This document shows positions 7,494-14,205 of a stretch of 32,000 nucleotides of DNA, piece after piece (the first letter of the stretch is position 1; the number at the start of each line of letters is the position of its first letter). This DNA is from Candidatus Bathyarchaeia archaeon (GTDB taxonomy: Archaea; Thermoproteota; Bathyarchaeia; 40CM-2-53-6). The stretch is taken from positions 65,417 to 97,416 of the forward strand of contig JBEKFP010000001.1 in assembly GCA_050013255.1 (NCBI GenBank), in the 5' to 3' direction. Position numbers and translations under genes: made by a program. The notes under the pieces are model-generated. The model was given only the letters and a program-made list of their open reading frames with translations, had not been told where the DNA came from and made no database searches.

Positions 7494-7909
7494 GCCTTTA
7501 CGACCTCCTTTCTCTCAACAAAATTCTCCAATACGTAGCGCAGCATCGCGTAATGCTGCTCTTCGTCTAATGCGAGCATCGTGAGCAGGGTCTTTAGGTG
7601 CGGGTCTCTGACCTGTTCCGTTGCTGAAGTAAATAGGCGTAGGGCATTCTCTTCCATGTCCATAAGTCTCAGCAATTCTTCCCGGCTTTCATTGACGGGT
7701 GCAAGTAGTTCCCACTGGTTTGTGGCGAGGTAGTTGATTGCGCAGTTGATTACATCGGCGTGTTGCATCGTGTCCCGCATGAGTTTGGCGTAGAGAATCT
7801 TAACGACGCTATGCTTGGTTTCCCTGACCTTCTTGGCATATACTTCGGTTTCATGTTCCTCGTGGTCTAGCTGATCCCGTAGTAATGTCAAGAGCTCCTG
7901 ATTTCGCAT
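7490..7909 (-). CDS. Ferritin-like / rubrerythrin-like four-helix-bundle protein (putative)
   Basis: 139 aa and all-helical by sequence pattern. It contains acidic/His motifs LDHEEHETEVY and LDEEQHYAML (ExxH). Its TGA stop overlaps the delta-subunit TTG start in a TTGA arrangement. Confidence 0.6.
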   Translation of the reverse strand: MRNQELLTLLRDQLDHEEHETEVYAKKVRETKHSVVKILYAKLMRDTMQHADVINCAINYLATNQWELLAPVNESREELLRLMDMEENALRLFTSATEQVRDPHLKTLLTMLALDEEQHYAMLRYVLENFVERKEVVKA

Positions 7910-7993
7910 ACGCCTGTCGCAAGAAAAAGCCAGGTAATTACTCTTAGCGATTCTGTTGATATTCTATGTATTGTATCGACCCGCATGTTGGAA

Positions 7994-9214
7994 TCAGTCT
8001 GTTCTTTGGGGCCTGATTAGGAGCACAGCCGAGACCGCCCCAAACAACGCCGCCGCACTCCCGGCCATAAGCGCAAAGAAGAAACTCTTCGTAACCTCTA
8101 GGATGTAACCCGTCAAAACGGCGACGACGATTCCAGCAACATTTCCTCCAAAATTCTGAACACCCCCCATTGTCCCCGTGAAGCGTCTAGGAGTCGCCTC
8201 AACGAGCGCAACCCAGAGTGACGGGGTCGAAAAGCCGAGTGCGGCTCCTGCCAGGCTCAAGGAAATCAAAGCGAGATAGGGCCCAGGGGCGTATGCGGTA
8301 GCAAACAGCATGATTGAAGCTGCCACCATCCCGACTGCAAAGAGCTTGCTGCGAAGACCAACCGGAGAACCGCCTCTCTTCACAAGAAAATCCGAAAGCA
8401 CGCCGCCAACTAGAATCAATGTCACAACCGCGGAAATCAGCGGAAGAGTTGAGAAAAACCCTGCATTGAGAATTGTGAACTTTTGTTCTCGAACAAGATA
8501 CGTCGGCAGCCAGAGGTTCAAGTAGTAGGCCACATACCCTTGACCGAAGCTAGCTAAGGTAAGTCCCAATCCCAGGGGGCTGATTACTACTGGGAGGCTT
8601 TTGCGAATGCTAATTTTCTGTTTCGGTTCTTTTCTTGGTGCGCGGCTTAGAGGGTTGTCCTGAAAGACGAAAAGCCAGACGACACACCACAAGAGTCCAA
8701 GGAGGCCCGTAGCGAAGAATACCCATGGCCAGCCGTAACTGACGGCCAACCAAGCTGCAAACGGAAAAGCTAGCACGGGACCTAATCGGCCTCCTGCGAT
8801 CCAAATTGATGTTGCTCGCGCTCGCTCTTCCTTCTTGTACCATCCGGAGGAGGTTACTTTTGCCCCAGACACGAAATTGGGTGCCTGAGTAACACCGAGA
8901 GCTGCCCTTAGCGCGAAGAGGGCAAGGAATGAGTTTGCAAAACCTGTGAGTATGGTGATTACCGATGTGGCTAACCCACCCACAAATAGACTTCGTTTCG
9001 CGCCGAACTTGTCTGTAACAAGCCCAGCGACCGGTTGAAGCATCGTGTAGATCCACAAGAATGCGGAGAGCACCAGTCCAAGTTCGAAATCCGAGAGATG
9101 CAAATCGCGCTGAAGGAGTGGTGCGACTGGCGACAAGTTCACTCGGAGAACGAATGTTACGAATATGCCTGCACTTGTGAGAATGGCCATGGTCCAACGG
9201 TTGCGTAGTGGCAT
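7994..9214 (-). CDS. MFS transporter
   Basis: 406 aa with about 12 hydrophobic segments. The loop 2-3 motif is GLVTDKFGAKRSL. It lies 22 nt downstream of the unknown gene at 9237-10028. Confidence 0.85.
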   Translation of the reverse strand: MPLRNRWTMAILTSAGIFVTFVLRVNLSPVAPLLQRDLHLSDFELGLVLSAFLWIYTMLQPVAGLVTDKFGAKRSLFVGGLATSVITILTGFANSFLALFALRAALGVTQAPNFVSGAKVTSSGWYKKEERARATSIWIAGGRLGPVLAFPFAAWLAVSYGWPWVFFATGLLGLLWCVVWLFVFQDNPLSRAPRKEPKQKISIRKSLPVVISPLGLGLTLASFGQGYVAYYLNLWLPTYLVREQKFTILNAGFFSTLPLISAVVTLILVGGVLSDFLVKRGGSPVGLRSKLFAVGMVAASIMLFATAYAPGPYLALISLSLAGAALGFSTPSLWVALVEATPRRFTGTMGGVQNFGGNVAGIVVAVLTGYILEVTKSFFFALMAGSAAALFGAVSAVLLIRPQRTD

Positions 9215-9236
9215 TTCGTCCCCTCAAAACGCGAGT

Positions 9237-10028
9237 CTATTGCGGGACAGGAACCATGTTCGCAAGCGCCATATCCGAAAGAGTGTACTTCCTTAAGTTG
9301 GCTACCTGTGTTGGGGTCAGAACGGTACAAGCGAAACCCCAGTGGAAAGATATCCAATCCCCCACCTTAGAGCCGGCCACGAAACTGCGGCCTTGCACCT
9401 CACCGAGGACGCTTGTCTTAGTTGGAGCCCCTAAGAACAACTTGCCCTCCCGGCGCAACACGGGCTCATACTCGACGCTAAGATTTCCCCTACCATCACT
9501 TCCGAGTATTTTTCCCCAAGAGATACGGCACTTGTCCATCATTCCACCGACCACATCGTCAGGTCCGCTTGCGTTCGCAAGCGAATCCCGCACCGTACCC
9601 ATCATTGAGAACGCGTTGAAGACATGTAACGCGTGGTGGGGAAAAGCCGCGTATGGCTGCGCGTCGAAAAGTTTCTTTACTTGTTCTTTCGAGAATTTCG
9701 TCTTCAGCCTGTCCCTTAGGTGGTCATAGAATTCCCCGGGTGAAATCTTTTCGAGGAAATCGTTCCCAATCCAGTAGGCTTCGACGGCGCGGTAATCGAA
9801 TGGGTCGCTTGCTCCAACCGATTGAGCGATGAACCGAAGGTAGGGGTAGGCAGCTTGAAAGCCAGTTAAGGCTTTTATCAATTCCTGGCTTGGTTTGTTG
9901 TTCAAACACGCATCGAGCAGTACTTCGTTTTCATCTGGCCCACAGTAGCCCAAGCGGTTAGGCATGAAACTATGGCGCGCCGCTAGGATCGCTCCGTCAA
10001 TCCTTGGTGAACTCAAACTCATATCCAC
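9237..10028 (-). CDS. Uncharacterised protein with a C-terminal HypC/HupF-like domain
   Basis: 263 aa from a GTG start at 10028, with an alternative ATG at 10022. I do not recognise the N-terminal 165 aa, which include the motifs MPNRLGYCGP and AFPHHALHVF. The C-terminal CRISWGKILG...LSVEYE...VGDWISFHWGFACTVLTPTQ aligns by eye with HypC (MCLSFPGKVVAI...SVDYG...IGNYVLVQGGFAIRVLS). Confidence 0.7.
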   Translation of the reverse strand: MDMSLSSPRIDGAILAARHSFMPNRLGYCGPDENEVLLDACLNNKPSQELIKALTGFQAAYPYLRFIAQSVGASDPFDYRAVEAYWIGNDFLEKISPGEFYDHLRDRLKTKFSKEQVKKLFDAQPYAAFPHHALHVFNAFSMMGTVRDSLANASGPDDVVGGMMDKCRISWGKILGSDGRGNLSVEYEPVLRREGKLFLGAPTKTSVLGEVQGRSFVAGSKVGDWISFHWGFACTVLTPTQVANLRKYTLSDMALANMVPVPQ

Positions 10029-10031
10029 ACT

Positions 10032-10259
10032 TTAACTTCCTTGGAGTTCACGAATAACCCTCCAAGCTTCCAACGCTTCCTCCGCCTCTCTGTCGGATAG
10101 GACTCTGATTGCGAAACCACCCTGAACAAGAACGTAATTGCCTATCTGAGCTTTTACGAGCGAGAGGTTCACATTGTCTCTAATGCCGTCTGCGCCATAA
10201 TCCACCGATGCAGACCCTCCCCTAATCGCCACGACCTTGCCGGGGAAACTGAGACACAC
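10032..10259 (-). CDS. hypC: Hydrogenase maturation chaperone HypC
   Basis: I set the start at the GTG at 10259-10257 so that the product begins M-CLSFPGKVVAI, because the family requires an N-terminal Cys after Met removal. This gives 75 aa, the typical HypC size. The track ORF carries a 40-aa upstream extension with no family resemblance. Confidence 0.85.
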   Translation of the reverse strand: MCLSFPGKVVAIRGGSASVDYGADGIRDNVNLSLVKAQIGNYVLVQGGFAIRVLSDREAEEALEAWRVIRELQGS

Positions 10260-10402
10260 GGCGGCACACCCATATCGATACTCGTTTTCCAATGCTATAT
10301 GTTTGTGATGCCGTTCCCAAGAGTGGGATAGAGATTTGATAAGGAAACCAGCAACCACCTTCATAACCCAAGGAACCACAGCCCGATTTAGGTGCGTTCC
10401 AC

Positions 10403-11086
10403 TTGACTAGGCCTCCAGAAGTCATAACCTCTGCGGAGGGCGAGGTATTCGACGTGGAACTTGAGATTGACATCCTAAGAGAGAACCAACGCCTCGCCGA
10501 CGAGAACAAGAAAAAGCTAGATGCAAACAAGATCCACGCAATTGATGTCATGGGTTCGGTGGGGTCAGGAAAAACCTCCCTCATCAAGGCTATCGTTTCT
10601 AGACTGAAGAACAAACACCGGATCGCAGTAATTGAGGGAGACGTAACTACAACGATTGATTCTGAGCTCATCGCCTCTGAGGGAATCCCGACCGTTCAGG
10701 TCAACACAGGCAAAGAATGCCACCTGGATGCGAACCTCATCAGGAAGGCCTTGGACCGAATGCCATTGGACCGGCTTGACCTGATCTTCATTGAGAATGT
10801 AGGAAACCTGATTTGCCCAGCCGAGTTTCCGCTTGGGTCCGATAGACGATTGGTCGTGATCAGCGTGACGGAGGGCCCCTACATGGTTCTCAAGCACCCG
10901 ATGATGTTTCTCGGCGCCAAGGTTGTGGCCATAAACAAAGTAGACTTGGCCAAGGCGATGGATGTTGAACCCGAGAAGCTAAGCGCCGATGTTGCCAAAC
11001 TGAACCCAAAGGCGGTTACTGTTCCCACAAGTTGCAAGAACGGAAAAGGCATCGAAGAAGTCATCAAAGCACTCGGGTTGAGTTAG
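10403..11086 (+). CDS. hypB: Hydrogenase nickel-incorporation GTPase HypB
   Basis: 227 aa with a TTG start. The P-loop is MGSVGSGKTSL. It also has the ENVGNLICPA motif and the NKVDL (NKxD) motif. Confidence 0.9.
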   Translation: MTRPPEVITSAEGEVFDVELEIDILRENQRLADENKKKLDANKIHAIDVMGSVGSGKTSLIKAIVSRLKNKHRIAVIEGDVTTTIDSELIASEGIPTVQVNTGKECHLDANLIRKALDRMPLDRLDLIFIENVGNLICPAEFPLGSDRRLVVISVTEGPYMVLKHPMMFLGAKVVAINKVDLAKAMDVEPEKLSADVAKLNPKAVTVPTSCKNGKGIEEVIKALGLS

Positions 11087-11097
11087 TGGTTTAGAGT

Positions 11098-11514
11098 ATG
11101 CATGAGTTCTCTTTTGCCACATCAATTGTAGAGTCGCTTCTCGACCTCGCAAATAAGCAGGGGGCGAGTAAGGTGTTGGGGGTTCACATGAGAATTGGAA
11201 AACTCAGAGCTCTATCGACCGAGCAGTTGAGCTTCTCGTATGGCATACTTGCCAAGGGCACCATTCTCGAAGGCTCCAAGTTGACGGTAGAGGAATCGGC
11301 CGGAAGCCTAAGGTGTACTCACTGCGAGTATCACGGAGAATTCGACCCCGAAGGTGATTTGTCCTTTCACTTTGGAATACCGCCCCTCATCTGCCCGCAA
11401 TGCGGTAGCGGTCTGAGTATCGAAGGCGGTGATGAATGCACGATAACAAGCGTTCGGATGCTTCTACCGACAACCATGAAAGAAAGTGAGCCCGCAGCCG
11501 AGACCTCGAATTGA
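11098..11514 (+). CDS. hypA: Hydrogenase nickel-insertion protein HypA
   Basis: 138 aa. It has the N-terminal MHE nickel-site motif and the zinc site CTHC...CPQC. Confidence 0.9.
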   Translation: MHEFSFATSIVESLLDLANKQGASKVLGVHMRIGKLRALSTEQLSFSYGILAKGTILEGSKLTVEESAGSLRCTHCEYHGEFDPEGDLSFHFGIPPLICPQCGSGLSIEGGDECTITSVRMLLPTTMKESEPAAETSN

Positions 11515-11563
11515 GGAAGCTGGCAGCCACGCGACGCCTATTCTCTATATAGAAAAGCGGCGG

Positions 11564-11572
11564 AATATATAA
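11564..11572 (+). promoter_or_regulatory. Candidate TATA box for the AbrB-PhoU paralog 2 gene
   Basis: The sequence GGAATATATAACTGG lies about 55 nt upstream of the ATG at 11623. A second TATA-like element, TCTATATAGA, is at 11544-11553. Confidence 0.25.
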
Positions 11573-11622
11573 CTGGCCTCTCCAGCTGACAGTAGTTTCG
11601 ATTTCCGCACCACATCAGAGTA

Positions 11623-12738
11623 ATGACCAGAGTGAAAGCAGAATTGGAGATAAGAAAGGTCCAGAGAGTCGGGCATTCGACCTTAACGGTCTCCCTTCCC
11701 AGAGATTGGGTTAGGCAAGTTGGACTAAAGCAGGGGGGCGTAGTCACCCTTCGCCTTTCCGAATTCGGCGAACTCATTGTTACCCCCGGCAGCGAGATGG
11801 AATCTGAAGAGATGACGGTCTGCAAAATAAACGCTGATGCCTGCAGGGACCGAGACTTTCTTTCAAGAATGATTACGGGCAACTACATCCTGGGCCGCGA
11901 CACTATCATAGTGTCATCAACCACAGAACTAAAGGCGGAACAATTGGCTGAAATCCGGGACTCAACACGAAGGTTGAGCGGTCTAGGTATCGTTGAGCAA
12001 ACACCAAAGGAGACCGTGATTCAATGCTTTCTTGACCCTTCCAAATTCACGGTCACCGGCCTACTCACACGCCTACACAAAGTAGCTGTCTCAATGCTCG
12101 AGACGGCCATGCAGGCCTTGAAGGACAGAAAGTTTTCCCTAGCCCTAGAAGTGTTAGAACTTGAGAACGAAGCCGACCGCCTATACTGGCTGATCCTGCG
12201 GCAAATATTCAGGGCGATTTCGAAGATACCGCTCTCGCGACATGTCGGAATAGAATCAGCAACCCACGCTGTAGGCTATCGGGCTGTGTCAAAGTACCTC
12301 GAAGAGATGGCTGACTGTAGTGAATCGATCGCCAACCTAGTTCTCTCCATGGCCGATGAGAACTGCCTTGAATACTCCTCAGTAATAGACGAAGTGTGCA
12401 AGTTTGGAGCTGAAACCATCGCTATATCGAAAAGTGGAATGGATTCACTTAGCATGCTGGATGTCGAAATGGCAAACGCAATCGTGGCCCGCTCAAAACA
12501 CGCTGAAGAAATGGAAAAAGAGGTCATAGAACTCGTTGTGTCATCGGTTCAAGAACCCAAGCTAGCATTGGCACTAAGGGGCATCGTATGGAACCTCGCG
12601 GAAGTATCCCGCTCCGCTCAAATGGTCGCTGAGATCGCAATCAACCGCTACCTTGAAAGCAATAGCGACATGTGTCAATTCTGGAAAGAGCGGAAGAGCG
12701 GGGGAGACGTTCAATACCTAAGGAAGGTCGTAGCCTAG
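11623..12738 (+). CDS. AbrB/SpoVT-domain plus PhoU-domain regulator, paralog 2
   Basis: 371 aa. RKVQRVGHSTLTVSLPRDWV is nearly identical to the N-terminus of paralog 1. The helical repeats are colinear with paralog 1 (ENEADRLYWLILRQIF versus EEESDRIYWLIVRQLL). Confidence 0.85.
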   Translation: MTRVKAELEIRKVQRVGHSTLTVSLPRDWVRQVGLKQGGVVTLRLSEFGELIVTPGSEMESEEMTVCKINADACRDRDFLSRMITGNYILGRDTIIVSSTTELKAEQLAEIRDSTRRLSGLGIVEQTPKETVIQCFLDPSKFTVTGLLTRLHKVAVSMLETAMQALKDRKFSLALEVLELENEADRLYWLILRQIFRAISKIPLSRHVGIESATHAVGYRAVSKYLEEMADCSESIANLVLSMADENCLEYSSVIDEVCKFGAETIAISKSGMDSLSMLDVEMANAIVARSKHAEEMEKEVIELVVSSVQEPKLALALRGIVWNLAEVSRSAQMVAEIAINRYLESNSDMCQFWKERKSGGDVQYLRKVVA

Positions 12739-14192
12739 ACTCATTCTTTGACCCCAAATCCCTAGCCATTGTTGGTGCATCGTCCACACCCCTCCGCATA
12801 GGCTACGTCATGGCCCAAAACATGGTGGCCAATCATGCGAGAGGAATTTTCAAAGGCGAAGTTTACCTAGTAAACCCGAACCACGACGAAATCCTCGGCC
12901 AGAGGAGCTACCCTTCCATCTCGGCGATCAAGAGGCATGTTGAGACAATCGTGGTGGCCATCCCCGCTGCAGGCGTCCCAGATGTGATCGAAGAAGCTGG
13001 AAAAGCCGGGGCTAACGCAGCGATAGTAATATCGTCGGGATTCGCGGAGGTCGGCAACAGAGCATTAGAAGATAAACTCGTAGACGTAGCGAGAAGATAC
13101 GGAATCAGGGTAGTAGGGCCGAACTGCCTGGGAATCTATGACGCCTATACCGGCATGGACACGCTTTTCCTACCGGAAACAAAATTCCTCTCGGACGGGC
13201 GCGAAGTCGTCGCGACCCCACGGCCGAGACCTGGTTCAGTCTCGTTCCTAACCCAGAGCGGGGCATTCGGTGCAGCGGCGTTAGACTACATGGCAGGCCA
13301 TGGGATGGGCATACGTGGATTCGTTAGTTATGGGAATAGGTGCGACGTGACAGAGGATGAGTTCCTTGAATACTTCACGAACGACGGCCAAACCAAAGTA
13401 ATCCTGATGTACGTTGAAGGCCTCGCCAAAGGAAGAGAATTCCTTGAAAGGGCAAAGGAGGCCACAAGAAAGAAACCGGTCGTTGCGCTCAAGTCAGGTA
13501 GGACAGAGGCGGGAACTAGAGCCGCCGCATCACATACCGCAGCCCTAGCCGGGATCGAGCAGATTTACGAGGGAGCGTTCAAGCAAGCAGGAATCATAAG
13601 GGTGCGAAACGTTGAAGAGCTATTCGACTTCGGGCGTGCGTTAGCCCTTCAACCCCCAGCATATACGCAAAGCGTAGCCGTTCTGACGAACGCTGGCGGA
13701 CCAGGAATTATTGCGGCTGACGCACTGGAAGAATCTGGGTTGAAGGTGCACAAGTTTTCTGAACGAATCATGTCGAAATTCGATGACTTCAAGGCGAAGA
13801 AGCTGCTTCTGCCAGTTCTTTCAGGGTTCAATCCCATGGACCTTTCGGCAGAGGCCACGAGCGAGATGTTTGCGCTCGCCATATCAACGATCTTGGACGA
13901 TCCCGAAATAGGAGGGCTTGTCTTGATTACGTTGCACCACGCTCCGACGATACTTGATGATGCTGTGGATAAGATCGCGAAAACTATACCAAAATACGGA
14001 AAACCTGTTACAGTATGCGACATGGGCGGAACGGAAATGGCGGAGACAATGAGAATGGCGTTTGAGAAGAGGGGCATACCATCCTACTCGGTGCCCGAAA
14101 GGGCCGCTCGTGCACTCTGGGCATTGTCATACTACGGAACTTATTTGCAAGACCATGGTGTTGTAAGGGCCGCAGGGGAAATCGCAGCTTAG
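12672..14192 (+). CDS. acdA: ADP-forming acyl/acetyl-CoA synthetase, alpha subunit (CoA-binding / succinyl-CoA-ligase-like)
   Basis: 506 aa. The CoA-binding N-terminus is PKSLAIVGAS, and the phosphohistidine loop is AASHTAALAG. The GTG at 12672 is the only in-frame ATG/GTG/TTG upstream of the conserved IVGAS motif. No beta (ATP-grasp) subunit lies adjacent. Confidence 0.85.
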   Translation: MSILERAEERGRRSIPKEGRSLDSFFDPKSLAIVGASSTPLRIGYVMAQNMVANHARGIFKGEVYLVNPNHDEILGQRSYPSISAIKRHVETIVVAIPAAGVPDVIEEAGKAGANAAIVISSGFAEVGNRALEDKLVDVARRYGIRVVGPNCLGIYDAYTGMDTLFLPETKFLSDGREVVATPRPRPGSVSFLTQSGAFGAAALDYMAGHGMGIRGFVSYGNRCDVTEDEFLEYFTNDGQTKVILMYVEGLAKGREFLERAKEATRKKPVVALKSGRTEAGTRAAASHTAALAGIEQIYEGAFKQAGIIRVRNVEELFDFGRALALQPPAYTQSVAVLTNAGGPGIIAADALEESGLKVHKFSERIMSKFDDFKAKKLLLPVLSGFNPMDLSAEATSEMFALAISTILDDPEIGGLVLITLHHAPTILDDAVDKIAKTIPKYGKPVTVCDMGGTEMAETMRMAFEKRGIPSYSVPERAARALWALSYYGTYLQDHGVVRAAGEIAA

Positions 14193-14205
14193 GATAAGAC
14201 TCCTT

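Noticed and set aside
10260-10379. A 40-aa N-terminal extension on the HypC ORF in the track (start at 10379).
   Set aside because: HypC needs Cys as its first residue after Met removal. The GTG-TGT at 10259 gives a canonical 75-aa HypC, and the extension has no family resemblance.
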